Positions 22,401 through 29,806 of a DNA stretch of 64,000 nucleotides are shown here, piece after piece. The DNA is from an uncultured bacterium (GTDB lineage Bacteria > Babelota > Babeliae > Babelales > RVW-14). The translations under genes and the position numbers were made by a program. The notes beneath the pieces were generated by a model. That model had not been told where the DNA came from. It ran no database searches and worked only from the letters and a program-made list of their open reading frames with translations. Within the stretch, counting starts at the first letter, position 1. Each line of letters begins with the position of its first letter. Location: contig CAVXAT010000004.1 of assembly GCA_963759805.1 (NCBI GenBank), forward strand, positions 32,001 to 96,000. Direction: 5' to 3'.

Positions 22401-22413
22401 TCGCAACTCGTAA
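16465..22413 (+). CDS. giant (1982 aa) acidic secreted/surface protein of unknown function
   Basis: Uninterrupted ORF, AAGGAG RBS, signal peptide; Asp/Gly/Tyr/Trp-rich, Lys-poor; no family recognised. Confidence 0.85.
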   Translation: MNRKLRMLLFSAALLGLTFMTRAVDNSQDWMPIGDDKVDLGTNILDGTESSEYYVVETGGVYVNGDRIWGVKSGHGYNGHNINFQAIAGDTNTLNIYGTLWDDTGSAEIPDEDGNPFQCSLKIDGNVHIDVLDANTTATVNVVKSPLAEAKDLDVPTIIEPYIYEYTSFAGGTEGSNYSLVVFNVATGNTLFVNIGTDITFRGRTVGKRPEETLNSDGYVRAKQIEETIYDMVIVFKGAGQTKFVLADGTIVSFNGGVDKTHGITIDPVSGEITWSTLSNHAAGTKVFLCMDQAQTDVNNGQSKVVFERDNTTNPDARSMVFVGYNSLITYLSDNKTGLVGGGTQPGGCAALAFDPSNVEGSGRLILFLKGAYDWWWDYVSEEPDSENPHEYFYEIHSKYPFNDAAVIVAGHYVPDFSDDSILDYDGYDQSITSDVDYSIPAGITAKFNIIDNNYYNDPTIVKPVTDDPENKRLLWVINDVQNHGTLASDPYWYYWNSSSYGYDWAWFNNGKTPTADSRNVRHGFIIGINGVMDIYDNTGLAFVAGALNQVDPLIARDLDDGGMSLENQYIKARNPSALIIDNVDESLFAAGKVAFTAGNPFMTGPVNGASTGLINENAVHAQILLRGNGVAYFMEAASSCLPVLDPNTCAITEYAPVPFGYIFNFWAKTTHPASDDPVGDPFLNYEQALAVGQGGYGSVVCSTYDGWQLSSNDMTQPIPQALGEGIEGIHVLDVEGKLSTHGLFNTTLYVDPYAFPLVPRSYDSAYDNGTLEISPVVRDWTGMEIDSLGNEISRPLLNDGTQYPRYNSPAMYLNFNAQLFNTILRHDDATKYVDGVPSDSDPAYTGGEVYFFSNENPVFVVDYPSSPDRYRMPELRFFNSSFELHESACTSGVRFVYRDIPTGEMVNGVAVTGGADGNNLSTVTFFDHGDVLDSVGKGFGRALVFSSTNVLMSDGSYNYATESSFVNVYKGNMPLVSPAVSSTAQLTLLRADEYPDVLGVSYLNQNAHHLFMLSQPDVSVSELNPDTTGAHCWMLLGWPRMTTSDTLAGTSFYPDTPDMVFPFADSGEIVSGNPFPAMPYDTRTISNAIPFNPESVIPLPGHVIFPLDVIHPTYPATPGVLAIGNGGQTPSGDSDGTLITFGSWNKDGYAVLPPVTSSSQDGTESGLYVRDGIIYDSHGGKVTITTSGFDPNDPSTRNYKTPVTYFDTMVAKLLWNDWDYENYVRDYQFSGIFDLPADQVVFSKTYAVQPWGLTTEMMEARGPVDTNGLIRIDADQSQYAFNTPANTRYLRADESGVEEMLIGWHNRDPLPSLSQAKGSKRTAKAVRKAPAFSPKMPNEINKFLTRATESPDTPVVRPTYLFYIGPEDDIKQLRVAGATMADPFCVDIGGDGEWPIAARVREIVSQKTEADLYTEHFIGEGAHAVLFGERGGTIGLGTRDWNENSLSAWNLLGKEYVSIAPLGDMTIMLNSDLIVADNLPLIATTAFGSEQTNRLTFYSDIPREIRVPSGCVLDLSAFGQGAYGQEIEFAGQVRLVLEDGAAIRFPSRDVANGGIVLYFNDDSQFIFEGREIPGYYDSLVQTDYDSIKLIGKGDIWLNKNAKMLVNGDVRVAVESDRLTPQTSITLSMRRQSACYIGDESMSGGIFQVGNTTNLQSDIPNFYQVRFTLEMNGTEAMFQINRGGFFGLGAGIINNGSEAASYPNGDATVVDNPKIQTDPLLPNFGKARIGLDGLPMFTPDGDYQTIGGGNAWEVTPLYNVYRTSVEITEGVFQHNNIADGSDSTASLMAYGPSQIHRLRLSSGNQAIVRGGGNLMFVPWLNWDGSTTRKFYPANIWNYAGKLTTGEAYTILGSAGIILNSLVSADASAVTDWNGGRSVTFDATHVGDWNSTAYDMFRYFGFYPYEYQQAKRVCLGATQFAPVIGFVNLDVQNVLYPVTMNRIVRLDNPGDINGDVRQSLNLGYVDCRSDGNNDPDVFGNRNS

Positions 22414-22425
22414 TTTGAAATAAAT

Positions 22426-22450
22426 GCAGGGGAGTTTTTATCTCCCCTGC
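22426..22450 (+). promoter_or_regulatory. intercistronic stem-loop
   Basis: gcaggggag / ctcccctgc 9-bp stem with no downstream U-tract on the + strand. Confidence 0.6.
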
Positions 22451-22499
22451 GTGAAAAAGTGTTTAACATAACACAAACATGGTAATTTTTTAGGGAGTT

Positions 22500-24422
22500 A
22501 TGATGAGAAAAAATCTAATGAAGGTAGCGGTACTTGCAGGCCTTGGGCTTGTAGGACAACTTGCTGCAACGGATTTTCGTGCTCCGATTGCTACGCAAAT
22601 GGGTCCGCTGCACTACTCATTTGATAAACTGCACAAGAAAAAATCTAATTTTACATACTTCACAACTGCACACTTCAGAGAGACAGATCAAGCTTTCATG
22701 AAGAATGGCACAGAGACGCATCCATTGGCGCAATTGATTTTCGGCAAACCTGATTTTACAATCAGTCAAGCATTAGGAAATGGCCCAATATATAATTTGG
22801 GTTTGACACAAAACTACAACCCATACCTAAATACGGTCAGACTTGCTCCCCGTGTTTCTTACTCAGAAGCAGGCGTGTTCTTTGGTGCAAACTGGGATTA
22901 TCCTGTATGGCATAACAAAGGTCGCATTGGTATTCGTGGTAGCCTTCCTATCCGTTGGGTGAGAATGGAACGCGATGATGAAGCTGAGGCAAATGCTCTG
23001 GGATTACAGGGTGATGTAATCAAGGGCGAAGTAAGAAGAGTAAATCCATTTAAGTCTGGCCCTGCCGCAGGGGTAATTGGATCAATAAGCTCTTACAGAT
23101 TGGCTTTGTTACGTGGTTTGATTTATCCAACTCCAACTGGGATAGTTTGGTCAGCGTATCAACCCCTTGGAAATAATAATGGCGTATCTTTAGCAAACGT
23201 TAATTATGTTCAACCAAGTGCTGGAGCATATGGAAGTACTACAGCTGCAATCCCATTTGCTGTTATAAAGGCCGCAAAATATGGTCAGCCTCCTATAGGA
23301 CAAGGTGGTGCAATTTTGGAAGACAAGACTAGTGGGTTTGCCGTTAACACAGAGACTGCAAATACAACTATTAACTATCCTAATGCTTCCGGCATTGGTG
23401 TAGCTAATGGGAATCTTGCAAATTTAGATCCTGATGGTAGTGGGCCAATTTCAAATAGAAATCCTAACTTGGCTGGCGATGTTGCTGCTGCATTTGTTAA
23501 TGTTGGTGATTATACTCACATGTTAAATCATGATAACAAAAATCTTTGGGCGACAACGATTAATGGCTTAAATGGCCAACCAATACAAACATCCCAAAAT
23601 GGCGTAGATTTTATTGATAATCTTTTACTTTATTACAATGGGGATGTTGAGCAATGGCTTGCAGACCGTGGATTTGTAATAGCAACTGACGAGCAAACAG
23701 GTTTGGGCGATATTCCACTTGAGCTCTTCTATGAACACTCATTTAACGACAAATGGAGAGGTGAGCTCTGCTTTGGCGTCCTGTTCCCAACAGGTAATGG
23801 TGGATCGGATTATGCAGGCAATCCATTCCGTGTACAGATGGGTGTCGGCAGTCACTGGGAAATCAAGCTCGGTGCTATGGCAGCATGGCAAGCAATACGT
23901 TGCATGAATGTCAAACTTGATCTTTCTTACAACTTTGCTCTTGAAGCCACAGAACAATGTAAGGCAGCTTACAAAGGTGCAACAGTTAAAAACTTTGGAC
24001 CTCGAGCTGATGCGAACGTTAGCTGGAGTTACTTCCTTGGCAATCTTGACTTCAACTTTACTCATCCAAAATCCAAAAAGATCAATGGTATGATCGGTTA
24101 TCAACTGTATTACAAGACAGAAGATGATATCGACTTCAAGCATGACAAGGCTTTATCCTGGCTTGGTGATGTGTGGACAGATGCTAATGGTAATGTAGCA
24201 ACTGCTACAGTCGCCGGCACACAATGGTCCCCACTGCTTCTTCCACTCGATGGAAATGTTGCTCAGGAGAATACCGAACAATGGGCTCACAGAATCCGCT
24301 TGGAAGGTTCTTACAATCTAAGCAAATACTGCACAGCCTCAGTTGGTGGTTTGTACACCTTCGCAGGTCAAAACATGCCTGTTGAAGCTGACGTCCATTG
24401 TGCATGGCAGGTTAGATTCTAA
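22500..24422 (+). CDS. putative outer-membrane beta-barrel protein with large insert
   Basis: Signal peptide, alternating amphipathic strands, G.GD..L.L and PTG motifs, C-terminal WQVRF (BAM beta-signal-like). Confidence 0.75.
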   Translation: MMRKNLMKVAVLAGLGLVGQLAATDFRAPIATQMGPLHYSFDKLHKKKSNFTYFTTAHFRETDQAFMKNGTETHPLAQLIFGKPDFTISQALGNGPIYNLGLTQNYNPYLNTVRLAPRVSYSEAGVFFGANWDYPVWHNKGRIGIRGSLPIRWVRMERDDEAEANALGLQGDVIKGEVRRVNPFKSGPAAGVIGSISSYRLALLRGLIYPTPTGIVWSAYQPLGNNNGVSLANVNYVQPSAGAYGSTTAAIPFAVIKAAKYGQPPIGQGGAILEDKTSGFAVNTETANTTINYPNASGIGVANGNLANLDPDGSGPISNRNPNLAGDVAAAFVNVGDYTHMLNHDNKNLWATTINGLNGQPIQTSQNGVDFIDNLLLYYNGDVEQWLADRGFVIATDEQTGLGDIPLELFYEHSFNDKWRGELCFGVLFPTGNGGSDYAGNPFRVQMGVGSHWEIKLGAMAAWQAIRCMNVKLDLSYNFALEATEQCKAAYKGATVKNFGPRADANVSWSYFLGNLDFNFTHPKSKKINGMIGYQLYYKTEDDIDFKHDKALSWLGDVWTDANGNVATATVAGTQWSPLLLPLDGNVAQENTEQWAHRIRLEGSYNLSKYCTASVGGLYTFAGQNMPVEADVHCAWQVRF

Positions 24423-24439
24423 AAAAAGGAAGGGATTAT

Positions 24440-24471
24440 TCCATGGATCCTGAAACGAGTTCAGGATGACA
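24440..24471 (+). repeat. REP-like palindromic element (family B)
   Basis: tccatggatcctgaaacgagttcaggatgaca; further copies at 57192-57226 (reverse) and 57270-57304. Confidence 0.85.
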
Positions 24472-24494
24472 CAGCGGAATAATCTTATACTTAA

Positions 24495-24539
24495 AATATA
24501 TTTGCAAAAAGGGTCGGTTCGCGCCGGCCCTTTTTGCAT
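24495..24539. terminator. terminator, copy 1 of a 45-bp direct repeat
   Basis: tgcaaaaagggtcgg-ttcgcg-ccggccctttttgca hairpin; 43/45 identical to 25137-25181. Confidence 0.85.
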
Positions 24540-24651
24540 GTTGTGGAGGATAACGCGCTAAATCTTTGATGTTTCTAGTTTTAGTTGAGATTTTGTTAAA
24601 GATTTAAGATACTTAAATTCAAAGTGAGTTGTAAAAAAGAGAAGCAGAAAT

Positions 24652-24881
24652 ATGACACCAAATATTTTTAGCTATAGAAATTACAAGTTCTTTTTCTTTT
24701 CTCGTGAGGAGTCCAGAATGCATGTGCACGTGAGATCTTCTGAAGGTGAAGCGAAGTTTTGGATATTGCGTTGGCAGATTATAGAGGATACTCGGAGCGA
24801 CAGTTAAGAGAACTTGCGAGGATTGTGGAAAAATATGAAAAAGAGATCCAAAAAGCTTGGGAAAGCTATTTCGGTTGCTGA
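24652..24881 (+). pseudogene. DUF4160 family protein, frameshifted
   Basis: MTPNIFSYRNYKFFFFSREESRMHVHV...EAKFW continues in another frame as IALADYRGYSERQLREL...AWESYFGC; the usual LEP after KFW is missing at about 24763. Confidence 0.82.
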
Positions 24882-25101
24882 GATTCAAGGTATCTCAAAA
24901 CAAGGTATGTGGATTTTGGTGAAAGATCGGGAATTCTTTCTGCCGTTTGAAGAGTACCCATGGTTTGCAAAAGCAACAATTAATCAAATATATGATTTTA
25001 AGCTTTATCACGAAAAGCATCTACATTGGCCATCTTTGGATGTAGATTTGGATATTGATTCGCTTAAATATCCCGAGGCATATCCATTGAAATGTAAATG
25101 A
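24835..25101 (+). CDS. DUF2442 family protein
   Basis: IS..G.WILV...EFFLPF..YPWF..A, HLHWPSLDVDL..DSL..PE.YPL; overlaps the DUF4160 3' end as typical of this pair. Confidence 0.85.
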   Translation: MKKRSKKLGKAISVAEIQGISKQGMWILVKDREFFLPFEEYPWFAKATINQIYDFKLYHEKHLHWPSLDVDLDIDSLKYPEAYPLKCK

Positions 25102-25136
25102 TTTAAATCATGAAAAAAATTGAACAAAGTTCGGTT

Positions 25137-25181
25137 AATATATTTGCAAAAAGGGTCGGTTCGCGTCGGCCCTTTCTGCAT
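25137..25181. terminator. terminator, copy 2 of a 45-bp direct repeat
   Basis: aatatatttgcaaaaagggtcggttcgcgtcggccctttctgcat. Confidence 0.85.
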
Positions 25182-25210
25182 TTAAGCGATATTTCGATTG
25201 AATACTGAAG

Positions 25211-26479
25211 TTAAGAATTAGCGTTCTCGGGCTTATTTTCGAAAATCAAGACCTGAAACACTCTTCGTGCGCTGGCCTGTTGGACCTGAAAACAGTAGTT
25301 TTCATAAACAACACGCTCGCCCTTTCTAGGTAGATGTTGCAGCCTTTCAGCCAGAAATCCGCCAAGTGTTACTGAATCTTCAGTCATGAACTTTATTTTG
25401 AGTAGCTCTTCAAGTTCTTCAAGCCCTATACCGGCGTTGACAAGCCATCCCCCACGTTCGAGTGGAACAATGTCTGTGCTTTCGGTCTCAAGTTCGTCGG
25501 TAATTTCATCCCCAATGATCTCTTCAAAAATATCCTCAAGTGTTACAAGACCTTCAATGTTGCCATACTCATCAACAATAATTGCCATGTGCATGTGCAT
25601 TTTTAGGAGCTCGCTTAAAAGTTGATTAATCTTCTGAGTCTCCGGTACCAGAAGAACCGGTCTGACCAGTTCTTTGAGAGGTCTTTTTTTGCCTTGAAAC
25701 AGCATGTCAAAAAAGTCCTTTTGATAAACTATTCCAATGATGTTGTCATAGTTGTTTTCGTAAACGGGAATTCTTGAAAAGCGCGATTTATAAAATGTGT
25801 TAGACGCCTCTTCTGTTGATGCATTTACATCGAGAAGGATTATGTCGGACTTTGGTTTCATTATCTCTTTGACAACAGTTTGTCCAAGACTGAAAACGTT
25901 TTGTAACATCTCTGTTTTCTCACGCTCCATCAAGCCTTTTTCATCACTATAATCAATCAAAAATTCAATTTCTTTCTCCGAAACCATATCCTGTTTTTCT
26001 AAAATATGCGATCCGCCAACTGTTTTGAATATGTAGTCTGAAATTTTCAGAAGTATTGTGACCATGGGATATGTAATTTTAAAAATAGAATTTATTAGCC
26101 ACAAAAATGATGCAAACAATCTTTCGTGATGGGTTTTTGCAAAACTCTTTGGAATAATTTCACCAAAAATAAGAATTATTGCCGTTGCCAGAGCTACACC
26201 AATCGCCAATCCCAGCGGGCCAAAGCAGCGCTGCATGATATGAGAGATAAGTACGGATGTTAGAACATGTGCAAAGTTGTTTGCAATCAAAATTGTAATC
26301 AGTATTCTCTGAGGATTTTTTTCCCAGGCGGAAAACAGTGCTTTATATTTGGCAACAGAAACCTCTAACTCTTTAAGTTTAAAAAGTCTGAGTGCCGTGA
26401 ATGCCGTTTCCAAAAAAGCAAAAAGTGCTGCAAAAAACAATGAAAAGAAGAACAGCGCAAACAAAAATAAAATCGACAT
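25211..26479 (-). CDS. CNNM/DUF21-CBS-CorC (hemolysin-family/HlyC) membrane protein
   Basis: ETAF, ILI.NN, FGEIIPKS, SRIPVY, VDEYG...GLVTLEDI.EEIIG, TLGG. Confidence 0.93.
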   Translation of the reverse strand: MSILFLFALFFFSLFFAALFAFLETAFTALRLFKLKELEVSVAKYKALFSAWEKNPQRILITILIANNFAHVLTSVLISHIMQRCFGPLGLAIGVALATAIILIFGEIIPKSFAKTHHERLFASFLWLINSIFKITYPMVTILLKISDYIFKTVGGSHILEKQDMVSEKEIEFLIDYSDEKGLMEREKTEMLQNVFSLGQTVVKEIMKPKSDIILLDVNASTEEASNTFYKSRFSRIPVYENNYDNIIGIVYQKDFFDMLFQGKKRPLKELVRPVLLVPETQKINQLLSELLKMHMHMAIIVDEYGNIEGLVTLEDIFEEIIGDEITDELETESTDIVPLERGGWLVNAGIGLEELEELLKIKFMTEDSVTLGGFLAERLQHLPRKGERVVYENYCFQVQQASARRVFQVLIFENKPENANS

Positions 26480-26502
26480 AAAACTCCAAATTAAAAACAG
26501 AC

Positions 26503-28134
26503 TTATATTCGTAATTGTTTTTTATCAACCTTTCCGGTTGAGTTCATGGGTAGATCTTCCACACATACAAATTTACGAGGGACTTTGTATGCAGCTAAAT
26601 TGCTTAAGCATAAATTGCGTAATGAAGATTCAATACCACGTTGTTGTGATTTAACAGCTACAAAAGCTACAGGAATCTGGCCTGAATCAGGCTCCTCTTG
26701 CCCAATTACGGCTACTTTAAAAACAGCAGGGTGACGAAGAAGAACGTTTTCTATCTCTGCAGGGTAGATATTAAAACCTTTATGTATGATTATATCCTTC
26801 ACTCGACCACAAATTGCAAGATTACCTTGTAGATCGAGTTGTCCAAGATCACCGGTGTTTAACCATTTGTCTATCATGACCTTGGCTGTTGAGGCCGGCG
26901 ATTTGTAGTATCCCATCATAATATTTCCACCACGTATCCACAAATTTCCAATGGTTCCAACCAGTAAAGATTTACCATTGTCGTCACGAATATCGCATTC
27001 GATTCCAATCATAGGTCTGCCAACAACATGTGTTGGCATTGAATGATTATAATAATTTACTGCAACGATGGGTGACGCCTCACTTAATCCGTATCCGGCG
27101 CATATTTTGCGGCCGTAAACCATTCCAAATACTTGTCTGATTTTATCCGGTAACATGTCCGCACCGGATACAAAAATTTTCACAGAATCTAATGGCGCTG
27201 TTTTCATCATACACAAAAGGCCGTACAGTGCGGGAAAGCCTAAAAACAAAGTTGGCTTGTGTTTTAGCCCTTCCAGAATTAATTTTCTATCAATTTTTTG
27301 TACAATTATAATTGATGATCCTGTGATAAGAGGCAGCCATAGGCATGTATTTTGTGCAAAAACATGGAATAATGGTAGAACACAGAAGAATCTTTCTTTA
27401 TCAGTAAGTCCCATCATGTGAAATCTTGCATAAGCCTGAATGGCATTTGTCATTATATTGCAAGAGGAGAGCATGACGCCTTTTGGAATACCTGTTGTTC
27501 CCGATGTGTAAAGTAGTAAGCAAAGCTCGTCGGTTTCAAGTCGTTCTACTTTAAAGTTTGCAAGTTGTTCAGGTACAGACGAGTCATGTATAGATGAGCT
27601 AAAATCAATATCTTGATCAGTAAATATTGGTGGTAGCTTGTCTATGTAATTTTGTGTAACCAGATCTTCCATGGTGCTTTTCAATAAACTTGAGCAAATT
27701 ATGGCTATTGGTTCAGAGTCCTTAATTATGTAAGAAAGTTCCTTGGCATGAAGAAATATGTTAACCGGAACGGCAATTGCACCTGTCTGCCAAACTGCAA
27801 AATATGTGATATAAAAAGCAATTGAATTTTCGGAAAAAATCAGGACTCTATCTCGGGGTTTAATTCCCGATGCTTTAAGTTTTTGGCTAAAAAGAATAGA
27901 TCTGAAATAAAATTCTGTATAAGTAATAGATTGATTTTGGTGTATGAATGCAATGTTATCCGGATATTTTTCATAGGCAATTTTTAATAACTCGCCGGCA
28001 TAGGCCAGGTCACCATTTTTAGTAAAATCACTTAGTATTTTATAAAAAATTGAGTTTTCAATATCGCTATGATTTAAATTACTTTCCCCAAAAAAACTGT
28101 TACTCATAAAAATTCCCATTACTTGCCGCGCCAT
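26503..28134 (-). CDS. long-chain fatty acid--CoA ligase (AMP-binding)
   Basis: YTSGTTGIPKG, LPLFHVF, GYGLSEASP, TGDLG, GR.KD.I, AYKVP, STGKV; alternative start 28107. Confidence 0.93.
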   Translation of the reverse strand: MARQVMGIFMSNSFFGESNLNHSDIENSIFYKILSDFTKNGDLAYAGELLKIAYEKYPDNIAFIHQNQSITYTEFYFRSILFSQKLKASGIKPRDRVLIFSENSIAFYITYFAVWQTGAIAVPVNIFLHAKELSYIIKDSEPIAIICSSLLKSTMEDLVTQNYIDKLPPIFTDQDIDFSSSIHDSSVPEQLANFKVERLETDELCLLLYTSGTTGIPKGVMLSSCNIMTNAIQAYARFHMMGLTDKERFFCVLPLFHVFAQNTCLWLPLITGSSIIIVQKIDRKLILEGLKHKPTLFLGFPALYGLLCMMKTAPLDSVKIFVSGADMLPDKIRQVFGMVYGRKICAGYGLSEASPIVAVNYYNHSMPTHVVGRPMIGIECDIRDDNGKSLLVGTIGNLWIRGGNIMMGYYKSPASTAKVMIDKWLNTGDLGQLDLQGNLAICGRVKDIIIHKGFNIYPAEIENVLLRHPAVFKVAVIGQEEPDSGQIPVAFVAVKSQQRGIESSLRNLCLSNLAAYKVPRKFVCVEDLPMNSTGKVDKKQLRI

Positions 28135-28139
28135 AGTCC

Positions 28140-28340
28140 TTAAGGGACGGCGGCGGGTTCTACCTTAATTGCCTGAACAGGACAGATATCCGCAGCTTCC
28201 CTTATCAAATCTTCGTATTTTTTTATATCTGCATCAGCTTTTACATGTGCCGTTGCATTGACCTCAAATACTTCCGGACAAATTGATTCACATGTGCCGC
28301 AGGATATACATCCCGGGCTGACATAAACTTTTTTTATCAT
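28140..28340 (-). CDS. single-cluster ferredoxin
   Basis: CISCGTC...CPEVF and CPVQAI. Confidence 0.93.
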   Translation of the reverse strand: MIKKVYVSPGCISCGTCESICPEVFEVNATAHVKADADIKKYEDLIREAADICPVQAIKVEPAAVP

Positions 28341-28361
28341 TATTTGGTATCCCTGTGAAAC

Positions 28362-28988
28362 TTACTTGCAACAGTCGTCGTCACAATCATCATTACATGA
28401 ATCTTTGAATATATCTACACCGGAAGAGCAGCTCTTTTTTGGGGACTTGCATTTTGACTCGCAACATCCGCAATCCGATTCTTCTTCTGACTCTTCGTCT
28501 TCTTCTGCACAAAGAGCCTCTAAGAAAAGTTCGACATCGCGAAATTTACCTTCGTTTAATGCAGCTTTTAGATCGTCGATAATTGATATTAAGTTTTGTT
28601 TTGAAGAGATGCTTTCCTGTGTGACGTTTGCCTTAAAATCTTCTGTCTCCAAGATCTCTTCGTCTTCATCAATCATCATATTTAAAAGTTCGTTTGCCTT
28701 TTTCTGATCAGGAATAGCAGCGATATGTTTTAATGCTGTAAGTTGTTCAGTTAAAAACTCTATATCTTCTTGCATCTGTTCCGCAACCTTTTCAAGATGG
28801 GCTTGAATCATTGCACGAATACTTGTTAAGCTTTTTAGATCTTGGGCTTGAATATTTTTGCTTTTTAATTTCTCTTCAACGTCATTGGCCATTCCGCCAA
28901 ATATTTTTTCAGATTCTACCAAAGCTTCATTTTGTTTTTCAAGTAAAAAATCGGTTTGTTCAATTAAAGCTTCTAATCTTTTTAACAC
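28362..28988 (-). CDS. hypothetical coiled-coil protein with acidic Cys-rich tail
   Basis: 208-aa ORF in same-strand operon; ends EEDEESEEESDCGCCESKCK...DSCNDDCDDDCCK. Confidence 0.75.
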   Translation of the reverse strand: MLKRLEALIEQTDFLLEKQNEALVESEKIFGGMANDVEEKLKSKNIQAQDLKSLTSIRAMIQAHLEKVAEQMQEDIEFLTEQLTALKHIAAIPDQKKANELLNMMIDEDEEILETEDFKANVTQESISSKQNLISIIDDLKAALNEGKFRDVELFLEALCAEEDEESEEESDCGCCESKCKSPKKSCSSGVDIFKDSCNDDCDDDCCK

Positions 28989-29214
28989 AAAATTACCTTT
29001 CAGGTGTTAGTTAGGTGTTAGATTTATTATAAATTTACGTGACATAAAACAGTATACTATATTTTCAGTATTACACAAATAATAATCCAGTCTGAAAATA
29101 TTTTTTATTAATACTTACAAATATTTTCATGAGGAATTTGTTACTTGATATTTCCACCCAATCCAGTTTTTTAGCTAAGATATTTTGTATTTGTAGTAGG
29201 CCTAAATTTATTAA

Positions 29215-29520
29215 CTAGGCATCGTTATAAACATCTTTGCGATGCTTAATGGCTAAAATAATTACTCGCTTATCTTTAATTTGATAAATAATTCGGTAAT
29301 CACCAACTCGTAATCGCCTTAACCCTTTTAAGCTGTATCTCAGCGGCTTTCCAAATCCTATTGGATCAGTAGTTAAACGTTCTTCAATTGCTTGTTTAAT
29401 TTGCACGCACGCAGATTTTGGGAGATCTGAAATGTCATCTGACACTACCTTTTGAATATATTCTACGCTGTATGAATATAAAACATGATTGCTTTTATCT
29501 TTATTTCCAGGCTTTTTCAT
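29215..29520 (-). CDS. type II toxin, RelE/ParE family
   Basis: GKPLR..LKGLRRLRVGDYRIIY..ILAIKHRKDVY; ATG at 29520 overlaps the antitoxin end. Confidence 0.92.
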   Translation of the reverse strand: MKKPGNKDKSNHVLYSYSVEYIQKVVSDDISDLPKSACVQIKQAIEERLTTDPIGFGKPLRYSLKGLRRLRVGDYRIIYQIKDKRVIILAIKHRKDVYNDA

Positions 29521-29734
29521 GAGAAACAGTTTTTTGAGATTTTTTTTCAAATTCATTTGCACGTTGATCTGCTATAGCAGACAGGGCTACATCCTCATGT
29601 CGTGCAAGAGCATCTAAAATTAGTTCTTTTGCTAGGCCTGATATGGATTTGTGTTTTTTCTTTGCAAGCTGTGTAAGCATGTTTACCTCAAGCGGCTCAA
29701 AGGTAATATTGAAACGTGGTTTTTTTGTTGGCAT
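29501..29734 (-). CDS. type II antitoxin, RHH/CopG-like
   Basis: MPTKKPRFNITF...SIS.LAKELI..AL..HED..L...VSHEKAW; directly upstream of the RelE-like toxin. Confidence 0.85.
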   Translation of the reverse strand: MPTKKPRFNITFEPLEVNMLTQLAKKKHKSISGLAKELILDALARHEDVALSAIADQRANEFEKKSQKTVSHEKAWK

Positions 29735-29806
29735 GCAATGCTCCTAAATTTATCTTAATTATTACACCGTTCAAAGTGTATCACTTTTACATCTCCGATG
29801 CAATAA

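Noticed and set aside
29521..29562. Longer N-terminus of the RelE-like toxin
   Set aside because: It overlaps deeply into the antitoxin; ATG 29520 gives the usual short overlap
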